Shown here: in pieces, positions 10,397 to 20,280 of the stretch | Layout of the letters: each line of letters starts with the position of its first letter | Numbering within the stretch: the first letter of the stretch is position 1 | Assembly: GCA_963836755.1 (NCBI GenBank) | Contig: CAWIKF010000002.1 | Span: forward strand, 2,080,001-2,144,000 | From: an uncultured Verrucomicrobiae bacterium | GTDB taxonomy: Bacteria; Verrucomicrobiota; Verrucomicrobiia; Chthoniobacterales; Chthoniobacteraceae | Direction: 5' to 3' | Length of the DNA: 64,000 bases | The notes under the pieces: generated by a model | What the model was told of the DNA's origin: nothing | Database searches by the model: none | The model's input: the letters and a program-made list of their open reading frames with translations, nothing else | Made by a program: the position numbers and the translations under genes

Positions 10397-11556
10397 TGGA
10401 CGCTTTTGCTTCTTTCGACTGGTTTTTGATCGCGACGTCGCTTGCGAAAACCATTTTTCTGATCTTCCTCGTCGTGCTGCCGATGGTCTCTTACACGGTT
10501 TACGCGGAGCGTCGCGTCAGCGCATTGATTCAGGATCGCCTCGGGCCTAATCGCACCGGCTTTCCGACGACTTTGCTCGGAATGAAAAACGATTTTTCGC
10601 CGTTTCTCGGCGGTCTCGGTCAGCCGATCGCCGATGCGGTGAAATTGTTGATCAAGGAAGATTTCACGCCGGCGCACGTGAACAAATTTTACTACTGGCT
10701 CGCCCCTGGTCTTGGCATCGGCGCGATTTTGATCACGCTCGCTGTGATTCCATTTGGCAGTTCGTTTCTGGGTGTGCCAATGGTGATTGCGAACGTCAAT
10801 GTCGGCCCGCTTTTCATCTTCGCGATTTCATCGTTGAGCGTTTACGGCATCGTGCTCGCGGGCTGGTCGTCGAATTCCAAATATTCCTTTCTCGGCGGCA
10901 TGCGATCGAGCTCGCAGATGATTTCCTACGAACTCGCGCTCGGCCTTTCGGTCGTGCCGTTGTTCCTCATTTTGGGCCGACTCAATCTCCCTGAAATCGT
11001 CCGTTATCAAGCGCAGCATGGCTGGATGCTGGTGCCGTTCACCGACGGGCATTTCACGTTGCGCAAATGCGTTCTCTGGATTCCGATTTTCGTCTCGTTC
11101 ATCATTTTCACGATCTCGATGTTTGCGGAAACCAACCGGCTGCCGTTCGATTTGCCCGAGGCGGAGCAGGAGCTCGTCGGCGGTTATCACACCGAGTATT
11201 CGTCCATGAAATTCGCGCTTTTTTTCCTCGGCGAATACACCGCGATGATCGCCGGCTCATCACTTGTAGTGACTTTGTTTTTCGGCGGCTGGCATCTGCC
11301 TTTTATCCCCGATGGAAGCGGCGCCGGCGGGCTCAGTGCGCTTCACGTCGTGCCCGCGTGGATTTGGGGATTGGTGAACATCGGCGTCTTCTTCGGCAAA
11401 GTCGGCGCGCTGCTGCTTTTTTTCATCTGGGTCCGCTGGACGCTGCCGCGGTTTCGCTACGATCAACTCATGCGGCTCGGCTGGATTTTCTTTTTTGAAA
11501 TCGCGCTGGTGAATGTTTTTTTAACTGCGGGCATCCTCGCATTTTTCCCAAACTGA
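10396..11556 (+). CDS. nuoH: NADH-quinone oxidoreductase subunit H
   Basis: ERRVSALIQDRLGPNR, QPIADAVKL, ETNRLPFDLPEAE, RFRYDQLM. Confidence 0.96.
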   Translation: MDAFASFDWFLIATSLAKTIFLIFLVVLPMVSYTVYAERRVSALIQDRLGPNRTGFPTTLLGMKNDFSPFLGGLGQPIADAVKLLIKEDFTPAHVNKFYYWLAPGLGIGAILITLAVIPFGSSFLGVPMVIANVNVGPLFIFAISSLSVYGIVLAGWSSNSKYSFLGGMRSSSQMISYELALGLSVVPLFLILGRLNLPEIVRYQAQHGWMLVPFTDGHFTLRKCVLWIPIFVSFIIFTISMFAETNRLPFDLPEAEQELVGGYHTEYSSMKFALFFLGEYTAMIAGSSLVVTLFFGGWHLPFIPDGSGAGGLSALHVVPAWIWGLVNIGVFFGKVGALLLFFIWVRWTLPRFRYDQLMRLGWIFFFEIALVNVFLTAGILAFFPN

Positions 11557-11557
11557 A

Positions 11558-12088
11558 ATGGCCTACACCGTCTCTCGCCCGAAACTCAGCTTCGCGGAAA
11601 AATGCTATCTGCCGCAGGTCATCGCCGGCCTCGCGATCACGTTTAAGCACTTCAAAAACATGATCCTCGGCCGGACAAAAGTCGTCATGCAATACCCCGA
11701 GGAAAAATGGGACGCGAACATGCCGTCGTATTATCGCGGCGCGCCGACGCTGGTGCGCGATGAAAAAGGCCGCGAGCGCTGTGTGGCGTGCCAGCTTTGC
11801 GAATTCATCTGCCCGCCGCGCGCCATCAAAATCACGCCCGGCGAAATTCCGGCGGAGAGTAAATGGGCGAAGGTTGAAAAATTTCCGCAGGAGTTTGATA
11901 TCGACATGATCCGCTGCATTTACTGCGGCCTTTGCGAAGAAGTTTGCCCCGAGCAGGCGATTTTTCTGCGCAAAGATTATTCGATCACCGGCTTGAGCCG
12001 CGCGGAAATGGTGCATGACAAGGCGAAGCTCTACGAGCTGGGCGGCGTGATGCACGGCGTCGTGAACAAGTGGAACAAGTTGAAATAA
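11558..12088 (+). CDS. nuoI: NADH-quinone oxidoreductase subunit I
   Basis: Two [4Fe-4S] motifs CVACQLCEFICP and CIYCGLCEEVCP. Confidence 0.96.
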   Translation: MAYTVSRPKLSFAEKCYLPQVIAGLAITFKHFKNMILGRTKVVMQYPEEKWDANMPSYYRGAPTLVRDEKGRERCVACQLCEFICPPRAIKITPGEIPAESKWAKVEKFPQEFDIDMIRCIYCGLCEEVCPEQAIFLRKDYSITGLSRAEMVHDKAKLYELGGVMHGVVNKWNKLK

Positions 12089-12094
12089 CTAGCC

Positions 12095-12595
12095 ATGTCG
12101 CCGGTGCTGTTTTGGTTTTTTTCAATCTTGATGCTCGGCTTCGGCCTCGCCGTGATTTTCAACCGCAACCCCGTCGCGAGCGCGCTCAGCCTCGTCGTTT
12201 CTTTTCTCGGTCTCGCGGCGCTTTACATCACGCTCAACGCCTATTTCATCGGAACGATTCAGGTGCTCGTTTACGCCGGCGCGGTGATGGTGCTCTTTCT
12301 TTTCATCATCATGCTGCTCGACTTGAAGGCCGAGGAGCGGCGCAAATTCAACGTCGTCGCAGTGACCGGCGGCGTCTTGGTCACGCTCACTTTTTTGGGT
12401 GAGCTGGTCGCGGTGTTGCACAAATTGCCGTTCGGCAACGAGCCGTTTCTTACGCTCACCGCGCCGCTCGATGACGTGCGAAACATCGGGTCGCTACTTT
12501 TTTCCGCATACAATTTGCCGTTCCAGGTCGTGGGCGTGCTGCTGCTCGTCACGAGCATCGGCGTGGTCGTGCTGAGCAAGAAAGAGCTGAAATGA
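12095..12595 (+). CDS. nuoJ: NADH-quinone oxidoreductase subunit J
   Basis: [22 protein letters not shown]. Confidence 0.95.
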   Translation: MSPVLFWFFSILMLGFGLAVIFNRNPVASALSLVVSFLGLAALYITLNAYFIGTIQVLVYAGAVMVLFLFIIMLLDLKAEERRKFNVVAVTGGVLVTLTFLGELVAVLHKLPFGNEPFLTLTAPLDDVRNIGSLLFSAYNLPFQVVGVLLLVTSIGVVVLSKKELK

Positions 12596-12912
12596 TCACG
12601 CTCAATGATTACCTGCTCGTCAGCGGAATGCTCTTCACCATTGGGTTTGCGGGCGTTTTGCTTCGCCGCAACATCCTCATCATTTTCATGTCGCTCGAGC
12701 TGATGCTCAACGCCGCGAACCTTTCTCTCGTCGCCTTCTCACGCTTCCGCCTCGGCGCGAATGGACTGCCGAATTACAACGGCCAGATGCTCGTATTTTT
12801 CATCATCACCGTCGCGGCTGCGGAGGTCGCCGTCGGCCTCGCAATCATCGTCGCGGTTTATCGCGCACGGCACACGACGCATGTTGAAGACATGAACAGC
12901 ATGAAGTTTTAA
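12592..12912 (+). CDS. nuoK: NADH-quinone oxidoreductase subunit K
   Basis: [28 protein letters not shown]. Confidence 0.96.
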   Translation: MITLNDYLLVSGMLFTIGFAGVLLRRNILIIFMSLELMLNAANLSLVAFSRFRLGANGLPNYNGQMLVFFIITVAAAEVAVGLAIIVAVYRARHTTHVEDMNSMKF

Positions 12913-12915
12913 CCG

Positions 12916-14718
12916 ATGACGCTGCCCTGGATCATCCTGCTCGCGCCGCTCTTGAGCGCGATCGTCATCACGCTGTTTACGCAACGGTTGCGCAACCTAA
13001 GCGCCGGGATTTCGGTGTGCGCGGTGCTGATTTCGTTTCTTGGCGTCTGCGTTTTATTCTTCAAAGCCGAGCCGACTGCGCCGATGCAAGTGCCGTGGCT
13101 GAACTTCGGACGGGACTTTTTTGTTCCGATCGGCTTCACGATTGATCGCCTCAGCAAAGCGATGCTGTTTGTTGTCACCGGCGTCGGCGCGCTCGTTCAC
13201 ATTTATTCGCTCGGCTACATGGCGAAGGACGAAGGCAAGTCGCGCTACTTTGCCGGGCTTTCGCTCTTCATGTTTTCGATGCTCGGCATCGTCTTCGCCG
13301 ACAACTTCGTGATGATGTTTATTTTTTGGGAGCTGGTCGGCGTCAGCTCGTTTATTTTGATCGGCCATTGGTTCGACAGACCTGCGCCGCCAGCGGCCGC
13401 GAACAAAGCGTTCATCTCGAATCGCGTCGGTGATTTCGGATTTATGCTCGGCATTTTGATGGTCTGGCTGAGCACCGGCTCAGTCGTTTTTACCGACATT
13501 CACGCGAACCTCGGCCACCTCACGGCGAACCCGGCTTATCTCACGACCGCGGCGCTTCTGGTATTCTGCGGCGCGGTCGGCAAGTCCGCGCAATTCCCGC
13601 TGCACGTCTGGCTGCCCGATGCGATGGAAGGCCCGACGCCCGTTTCCGCGTTGATCCACGCGGCGACCATGGTTGCGGCCGGCGTCTACATGCTCGCGCG
13701 AATTTTTTTCCTCATTCAGGCATCGCTCGGCGCGCAGCACGTCATCGCATGGATCGGAATCATCACTGCCGTCATGGCTGCGCTCATCGCCACGCAGCAG
13801 AACGACATCAAGCGCATCCTCGCCTACTCCACCCTCTCGCAGCTCGGCTACATGATCATGGCAATCGGCGTCGCGTCGAGCACGGCGGCAATGTTTCACC
13901 TGTTTACACACGCGTTTTTCAAGGCGCTACTTTTCCTCGGCGCCGGCTCCGTCATCCATGCGCTGCACCACGAGCAGGATATCTGGAAAATGGGCGCGCT
14001 AAAAAATCGGATGCCGATCACTTTTTTCACGTTCGCGGCTGCGACGCTCGCGCTGACTGGCTGCCCCGGCTTCAGCGGATTTTTTAGCAAAGACGCCATC
14101 CTTCTCGCCGCGCACGACCGCAGCCACTTGATTTATGCGCTCGGCGTCATGACGGCATTTTTGACCGCGTTTTACATGTTCCGCCTTCTCGTCGTCGTCT
14201 TTTTCGGTCGGGCAAAATCTGACCGCGCCTCGCACGGCCACGAAGGTCCCGGCGTGATGACCGCGCCGCTCGTCCTGCTCGCGATTCCGTCGCTCATCGC
14301 AGGCTACGCGTTTTTCGCCGGCCGTTTTCTCCCACTGCCGCACGAAGGCGTCGCCAGCCTCGGGGCAATGCTCCTGCCAATCCTCGCATTCGTCGGCGGA
14401 GCGGGCTGCGCGCTGTTTCTGTATGCGAGCAAAACTGAAGACCCGATTCACATCCCGCTTTTCGCGAACAAATTTTACATCGATGAATTTTACGCATTCC
14501 TCATCCGCTGGACGCAGGATTTGCTCGCTACTTTCTGCGCTTGGTTTGACCGCTGGGTGCTCGATGGCGGCATCGTGCGCGGCCTGATCGGCGGCGGGAC
14601 ATGGGCCACCGGATTCACGCTCCGTTTCCTGCAAATCGGCAATCTGCAGGCCTACGGCTTCGTCTTCGGAATCGGCGCCGTAGCATTCATTTTCTACATT
14701 TTATTCGGCAAATCCTAA
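12916..14718 (+). CDS. nuoL: NADH-quinone oxidoreductase subunit L
   Basis: WELVGVSSF, NRVGD, KSAQFPLHVWLPDAMEGPTPVSALIHAATMV, HAFFKALLFL. Confidence 0.97.
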   Translation: MTLPWIILLAPLLSAIVITLFTQRLRNLSAGISVCAVLISFLGVCVLFFKAEPTAPMQVPWLNFGRDFFVPIGFTIDRLSKAMLFVVTGVGALVHIYSLGYMAKDEGKSRYFAGLSLFMFSMLGIVFADNFVMMFIFWELVGVSSFILIGHWFDRPAPPAAANKAFISNRVGDFGFMLGILMVWLSTGSVVFTDIHANLGHLTANPAYLTTAALLVFCGAVGKSAQFPLHVWLPDAMEGPTPVSALIHAATMVAAGVYMLARIFFLIQASLGAQHVIAWIGIITAVMAALIATQQNDIKRILAYSTLSQLGYMIMAIGVASSTAAMFHLFTHAFFKALLFLGAGSVIHALHHEQDIWKMGALKNRMPITFFTFAAATLALTGCPGFSGFFSKDAILLAAHDRSHLIYALGVMTAFLTAFYMFRLLVVVFFGRAKSDRASHGHEGPGVMTAPLVLLAIPSLIAGYAFFAGRFLPLPHEGVASLGAMLLPILAFVGGAGCALFLYASKTEDPIHIPLFANKFYIDEFYAFLIRWTQDLLATFCAWFDRWVLDGGIVRGLIGGGTWATGFTLRFLQIGNLQAYGFVFGIGAVAFIFYILFGKS

Positions 14719-14720
14719 GC

Positions 14721-16190
14721 GTGCTTTTTCTACTAATCTTCATCCCGATTCTCGCCGCCGCCGCGATTCTGCTCGGCGCAAAGGCTCGTGCCACAGCGCT
14801 TCTCGCGGCCTGCGTGAATCTCGCGATCACTTTGCTCGCGACGATTCGATATCAGCAGGCGCAGGGCGGCTTTCAGCTCGAATCGAGCTTCACGATTCTG
14901 CCCGATTGGGACCTGAAATTTTTCGTTGGCGTCGATGGATTGAGCGTTCTGATGCTTTTGCTCACGGCGATCGTCACCGTCGCCGCGATCTGGGTGACGC
15001 CAGTCATCGAGAAGATGGAAAAGGAGTTTTACGCTTGCCTTTTGCTCATCGCCGCCGGAGCGACTGGCGCATTCGCGTCTCTCGACCTCTTTTTCTTTTA
15101 CGCGTTTCACGAGCTCGCGCTCATCCCGACCTTCCTGCTGATCGGCATTTGGGGCACGGGCGACCGGCGCACGGCCGCGTGGAAAATCACGATCTACCTC
15201 GCAGTCGGCAGTTTCATTTTACTACTCGGACTGATCGGGCTTTATCAAAGTTTACCGCTTGGCCAGCGGACGTTTGACATTCCAAGACTGCAGGCGCTGG
15301 CGCAGTCGGGCGCGTTTTCTCCCGCAAACGCGAACGTGATCTACCTGTTCTTGCTGATCGGTTTCGGAATTTTGATTTCACTTTTCCCGTTCCATTCATG
15401 GGCGCCGCAAGCTTACGCATCCGCGCCCGCGCCCGCCGCGATGCTCCATGCGGGCGTCCTGAAAAAGTTCGGGCTCTACGGTTTGCTTCGCGTCGCATTG
15501 CCGCTCCTGCCCGATGCCGCGCGGCACTGGACGAATCTTCTGCTCGTCCTGCTCATCGGAAACATTATTTACATCGGGCTCGCCACGATTGCGCAAAAGC
15601 GCCTCGACCAGATGCTCGGCTATTCGAGCGTGATGCACATGGGTTACATTTTTCTCGGCATCGCGGCGTTTAATTCGCTCGGGCTCAGCGGCGCGGCGCT
15701 GCTCATGTTCGCGCACGGCCTGTCGATCGCGGCGTTGTTTGCGATCACTGGCCAGCTTCGCCAGCGCACGGAGACGCTCACGTTCGCCGATCTCGGCGGC
15801 CTTGCAAAGCCAATGCCGGTGCTCGGATTTGCATTCGGCCTAGCCGCATTTGCCTCGATCGGATTGCCCGGCTTTGCAAATTTCGCGTCGGAAGTGCTGG
15901 TCTTTTTTGGCGCGTTTCGCCACGGCACCGCGGCGCCATTTTCGAAGATGCAACTCACCACGATGCTCGCGCTTTGGGGCGTCGTCATCTCCGCGGTTTA
16001 TATGCTGCGCGCCTATCGCGCCGTTTTTCTGGGAGAAATCAACCAGCGCTGGTCGGCGCTGCGCGATGTCGGCACGATGCGGTGGCCGATCATCTTGCTG
16101 CTCGCCACGCTCATCCTCGCCGGATTTTTTCCGCAGCTCTTTTTGAATTTCCTCACACCCGCCGTGAAAAGTTTTCTCGCCACCCGATGA
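14721..16190 (+). CDS. nuoM: NADH-quinone oxidoreductase subunit M
   Basis: GVDGLS, FPFHSW, YSSVMHMG, GLPGFANFASE; GTG start 2 nt after the nuoL stop. Confidence 0.94.
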   Translation: MLFLLIFIPILAAAAILLGAKARATALLAACVNLAITLLATIRYQQAQGGFQLESSFTILPDWDLKFFVGVDGLSVLMLLLTAIVTVAAIWVTPVIEKMEKEFYACLLLIAAGATGAFASLDLFFFYAFHELALIPTFLLIGIWGTGDRRTAAWKITIYLAVGSFILLLGLIGLYQSLPLGQRTFDIPRLQALAQSGAFSPANANVIYLFLLIGFGILISLFPFHSWAPQAYASAPAPAAMLHAGVLKKFGLYGLLRVALPLLPDAARHWTNLLLVLLIGNIIYIGLATIAQKRLDQMLGYSSVMHMGYIFLGIAAFNSLGLSGAALLMFAHGLSIAALFAITGQLRQRTETLTFADLGGLAKPMPVLGFAFGLAAFASIGLPGFANFASEVLVFFGAFRHGTAAPFSKMQLTTMLALWGVVISAVYMLRAYRAVFLGEINQRWSALRDVGTMRWPIILLLATLILAGFFPQLFLNFLTPAVKSFLATR

Positions 16191-17668
16191 TCGCTCCCGT
16201 TTTCCTCGAGATCGCCGTCCTCATCATCGGCGTCTTCATGCTGTTGTATGAAGCGTTCGCGTCGGACGAGAAAAAAAGTTTCGTCGCGTGGCTCGGCATT
16301 TCCGGGCTGACGCTCGTGCTCGTGCTCAGTTTTTTCAGCGGCGAAACCGTCGCTCACGCACCGTCGGGCGCCAGCTATCTCCGCTTTTATCGGACCGACG
16401 CGCTCGCGCTTTTTTTCAAGCGCTTCGCACTTTTGACTACGATCATCGTGCTCGTCATGTCGCTGGAATATCGCGACGTCGTGCGCCGATTTATCTTCGG
16501 CGTCAAAAACGAAGCGGGCGTCGGCGAGTTTTACGCGCTGCCCGTCTTCACTTGTGCCGGGCTGATGTGGATGGTGTCGGCCGTTGATTTCGTGCAAATT
16601 TTCGTCTCGCTCGAGCTTGTCACGATTTCCTTCTACATCCTCGTCAGCTACATGCGGCGCAGCCCCGGCTCGCTCGAGGCTGGCGTGAAATATCTGATCC
16701 TCGGCGCACTCTCCACCGGCTTTCTCGTCTATGGCATCACCTGGATTTTCGGCATCACGGGGGAGACCAATCTCGACCGGATCGCGTTGAAATTGCAGAC
16801 GCTGCACGCCTTCAACACTCCCCTGCTCTTCGGCGTGATGCTGATTCTCGCAGGGCTTGGGTTCAAAATTGCCGCCGCGCCTTTCCAAATCTGGGTGCCC
16901 GATGTCTATCAAGGCGCGCCAACTCCGATCACAGCTTTCCTATCCGTCGGGTCCAAAGCCGCCGGATTTGTCGTCCTTCTCCGCGTCCTCGAAACATTTC
17001 TCGCAGCACCTTTTCTGCGCGACAAAATTCTCGCCGTCGTTGCCGCGCTCGCGGCGTTGACGCTCATCTACGGAAACCTTGCTGCGCTTCCGCAAAATAA
17101 TCTCAAGCGTCTTCTCGCCTATTCCAGCATCGCGCACGCCGGCTACCTGCTCATCGCCGTCGCGAGCATCGGCGCGATCGGCTCAGGCGAAGCGGTCGCA
17201 TTCTATCTTGCGGGTTACTTGCTGATGACGCTGCTTTCGTTTCTGGTCATCACGGTCGTAGCCAATGCCGCCGGCGGCGACGACATTTCAGATTTTAACG
17301 GCCTCGGACGCCGCGCGCCCGGCCTCGCCTTCGCACTCCTCATTGCGATGTTGTCACTCGCCGGCGTTCCGCTCACCGCGGGCTTCTTCGGCAAATTTTT
17401 TGTCTTTTCCGTCGCGCTGCAACAGCATCATTACGCCCTCGTCGCGATCGGCATCGTCACGGTCGGCGCGGGATTTTATTACTACCTCAAAGTCGTGCGC
17501 GCGATGTATTGGCTCGAGCCGCGCGAGACAACGCGCATTCCCGCGGCAGGGCTGACGAAGTTCACCATCGGAGTTTTGACGGCATTGATTTTCCTTCTCG
17601 GAGTTTATCCGCAGCCCGTTCTGACAATGCTGCGCGAGCCGAGCGGCCCTGTCATTGCCGCGCGCTAA
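16187..17668 (+). CDS. nuoN: NADH-quinone oxidoreductase subunit N
   Basis: EAGVKYLILG, FKIAAAPFQIWVPDVYQGAP, KRLLAYSSIAHAGY. Confidence 0.96.
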   Translation: MIAPVFLEIAVLIIGVFMLLYEAFASDEKKSFVAWLGISGLTLVLVLSFFSGETVAHAPSGASYLRFYRTDALALFFKRFALLTTIIVLVMSLEYRDVVRRFIFGVKNEAGVGEFYALPVFTCAGLMWMVSAVDFVQIFVSLELVTISFYILVSYMRRSPGSLEAGVKYLILGALSTGFLVYGITWIFGITGETNLDRIALKLQTLHAFNTPLLFGVMLILAGLGFKIAAAPFQIWVPDVYQGAPTPITAFLSVGSKAAGFVVLLRVLETFLAAPFLRDKILAVVAALAALTLIYGNLAALPQNNLKRLLAYSSIAHAGYLLIAVASIGAIGSGEAVAFYLAGYLLMTLLSFLVITVVANAAGGDDISDFNGLGRRAPGLAFALLIAMLSLAGVPLTAGFFGKFFVFSVALQQHHYALVAIGIVTVGAGFYYYLKVVRAMYWLEPRETTRIPAAGLTKFTIGVLTALIFLLGVYPQPVLTMLREPSGPVIAAR

Positions 17669-17674
17669 TTTTAG

Positions 17675-18304
17675 TCATCCATTGACTCGCCGGTAGAAAC
17701 GGAGCGCCTCAATCTCCCGCGCCAAATCCCGCAGCGGATACAGCCCGCGCGAAGCGCCCGCACCGGGATCGCGGATTAAATAATCAAATCCTCGCTTGCC
17801 CGCGATGACGACAAAGTGCGTGACGCCGCTTGGAAATCGGATGCGCACGATGCATGGGTTTCCGCGCAGCAAATTCCAATCGATCAGCCAGAATGACGGC
17901 AAATCCTCATAGGCTTTTTCGACATGACCCGGTGAAAATTCGGCAGCGCTTTCCCATCGCAACCAGCCTTCGCCTTCGTAGCCATTGTGCGTCGTCAGGA
18001 ATTGATTGAGCCGCTGCGGATCGGTGTCGATGCCGTAAAAGTTGAGCGTCATTGCGGCCGACGCCACTGCACAGCCTTGCGCGCCGAGCGTCCCTTGAGT
18101 CGCGCCCAGCAGATCATTGTGCCACCGCGGATCACCCTGCCGAAAAGATGGAACCGCGAGAGCCACACGACGGAAAAAATAAATGCCGCCGCGTGTCCGC
18201 AGTTTCCGCTTCCAAGCTAGATTCGTGACACAGGCCGCGACGCTGAGCGCCACCAGCACAGTCACTGCGACCAAAGTTCGCGATCGGATTCGTGATCTGC
18301 TCAC
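17675..18304 (-). CDS. C39-like cysteine peptidase, membrane anchored or exported
   Basis: FRQGDPRW...GCAVASAAM, HFVVI, IRDPG (Q/C/H/D catalytic set). Confidence 0.8.
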   Translation of the reverse strand: MSRSRIRSRTLVAVTVLVALSVAACVTNLAWKRKLRTRGGIYFFRRVALAVPSFRQGDPRWHNDLLGATQGTLGAQGCAVASAAMTLNFYGIDTDPQRLNQFLTTHNGYEGEGWLRWESAAEFSPGHVEKAYEDLPSFWLIDWNLLRGNPCIVRIRFPSGVTHFVVIAGKRGFDYLIRDPGAGASRGLYPLRDLAREIEALRFYRRVNG

Positions 18305-19293
18305 GCGCTGATCTGCAGCAGAATTTTTCCCCCGCGCCGACTTTTTTGCGAGTGCTCGACGGCGGCAATCGCTTCATCGAGCGGATACGTTTTTTCAATC
18401 TTCGCATCCAAAATCCCCTGCACTGCCAGCGGAAACAATGCGTTAAACATTTCTTGCACATCGCTTCTTTCCGTCTCGCGATACCAGCGCGTGATCCAGA
18501 AACCGCGAACGTGCAAATTTTTGAAAATGAGAAGCCCGTTTGGAATGCGCACCGGTTGCCGGCCCATCGCGCCGTAGGTCACGATCGTGCCGTTCTCCGC
18601 GAGCGCGTTTGCGAGGCGCAACGCGCTATCGCCGCCGACTGCGTTGAGCGCGAGGTGAACTTTGACGCCATCGGTCGCGTCCTTGATTTTGGCCGGCAAC
18701 TCCTCGTCATCCAGCAGCACCATGTCGCCACCTTCTGCGCGCAATTCCTCGATCAGCTCCGGTCGTCGAACGACATTCAACGTGCGCCATCCTCGCGCCT
18801 TCGCGAGATGGATCACTGCATGTCCGACGCTTGAGTTGGCAGCGTTTTGCAAAATCCAATCGCCGTCTTTCAGCGCGACAAAATCATGCAACATCCGCCA
18901 GGCAGTCGGTGGATTGATGTTCATCATCGCCGCTTGATCGACTGGAATTTCCGGCGGGACTGCCGTCAATTTTTGCGCGTCGATCACGCCAAATTCGCGC
19001 CAACTCCCGAACTCGTGCGGCACCAAAACCCGCGTGCCAATTTCCAGATCGCTCACCTCGTTTCCCCGCGCCACAATTTCGCCAACGCCTTCCGAGCCAG
19101 CAACGGCGGGCAACGGCGGACGCACCGCATACTTTCCCTCGATCACGTTCAGGTCGACCGGATTGATCGGCGCGGCAAGCATCCGCACCAGCACTTCGTG
19201 CGCGGCCGGCGCTTCGACATCGATTTCGCCGACGCGCAAAACTTCCAGCGGCTCGCCGCGTTCCTCGTAAATGACTGCGTGACATTTTTGCAT
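18301..19293 (-). CDS. MDR-family 2-enoyl-thioester reductase (MECR/Etr1-like)
   Basis: APINPVDLNVIEGKY, INPPTAWRML, QNAANSSVG, VTYGAM, LLIFKNL. Confidence 0.88.
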   Translation of the reverse strand: MQKCHAVIYEERGEPLEVLRVGEIDVEAPAAHEVLVRMLAAPINPVDLNVIEGKYAVRPPLPAVAGSEGVGEIVARGNEVSDLEIGTRVLVPHEFGSWREFGVIDAQKLTAVPPEIPVDQAAMMNINPPTAWRMLHDFVALKDGDWILQNAANSSVGHAVIHLAKARGWRTLNVVRRPELIEELRAEGGDMVLLDDEELPAKIKDATDGVKVHLALNAVGGDSALRLANALAENGTIVTYGAMGRQPVRIPNGLLIFKNLHVRGFWITRWYRETERSDVQEMFNALFPLAVQGILDAKIEKTYPLDEAIAAVEHSQKSRRGGKILLQISA

Positions 19294-19351
19294 GTGAGAA
19301 ATGGCGCGCACCGGTTTAACTGCGGGCGTGGTTGAAAATACTCCTCCCACC

Positions 19352-20245
19352 GTGGCCAGCAACCTCGAATCCGGCGCGCGCCTCGCCGGGCTCGGGATCG
19401 CTGTAAACGCTTCGATGGCGCTTGTTAAAATCGCTGCAGGATTGGTCGGTCATTCCTACGCGCTCATCGCGGACGGGTTCGAATCGACGCTGGATATTTT
19501 TTCGTCGCTGATCATGTGGGGCGGATTAAAAGTCGCGGCGCGTCCGCCCGACGAGTCGCATCCTTACGGCCACGGCAAAGCGGAGCCGATCGCAGCCGTC
19601 GCTGGCTCAGTCTCCATCCTTGTCGCGGCGCTGCTGCTTTCGGTGGAGAGCGTGCGTGAAATTTTGACTCCGCATCACGCGCCGGCGCCATTCACGCTGC
19701 TCGTGCTGATCGTCGTCGTCGCGGTGAAGGAAGGACTGTTTCGCGTGGTCAGCAACTCCGGAAAAATGTCGCACAGCACCGCGCTCAAGACGGAGGCGAT
19801 GCATCATCGCAGTGACGCGCTCACATCCGCGGCGGCATTCGTCGGCATCTCGATCGCGCTGATCGGTCAAAAAAATGGACGCGGCTGGGAAAGCGCGGAC
19901 GACTGGGCGGCGCTTTTTGCCTGCGTGTTGATCGCGTTTAACGGCATTCGATTGCTCAAGCCGGCGCTGTATGAGGTGATGGACACCGCGCCGCCGCGCG
20001 AGGTGGTCGAGCGCGTGCGGGAAGTGGCCGCGGCCGTCGCCGGTGTCGCGGACATCGAACGCTGCCGCATCCGGAAAATGGGTCTGGAATTTTACGTCGA
20101 TTTGCACGTCGGCGTGAACGGCGACATCTCCGTGCGCGATGGTCACAGCATCGCGCATCTGGTGAAAAATGCGGTGCGCGCTGCCGACCCGGCAATTGCC
20201 GATGTGCTCGTTCACATCGAGCCGGTGGATAGCGCTGTCAAATAA
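19352..20245 (+). CDS. Cation diffusion facilitator (FieF-like)
   Basis: SYALIADG, PPDESHPYGHGKAE, HHRSDA, DVLVHIEP; start uncertain (19301 or 19352). Confidence 0.92.
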   Translation: MASNLESGARLAGLGIAVNASMALVKIAAGLVGHSYALIADGFESTLDIFSSLIMWGGLKVAARPPDESHPYGHGKAEPIAAVAGSVSILVAALLLSVESVREILTPHHAPAPFTLLVLIVVVAVKEGLFRVVSNSGKMSHSTALKTEAMHHRSDALTSAAAFVGISIALIGQKNGRGWESADDWAALFACVLIAFNGIRLLKPALYEVMDTAPPREVVERVREVAAAVAGVADIERCRIRKMGLEFYVDLHVGVNGDISVRDGHSIAHLVKNAVRAADPAIADVLVHIEPVDSAVK

Positions 20246-20280
20246 GCAGCCGTGTTTGTTTTCGCGAACTTTGTCGCGAT

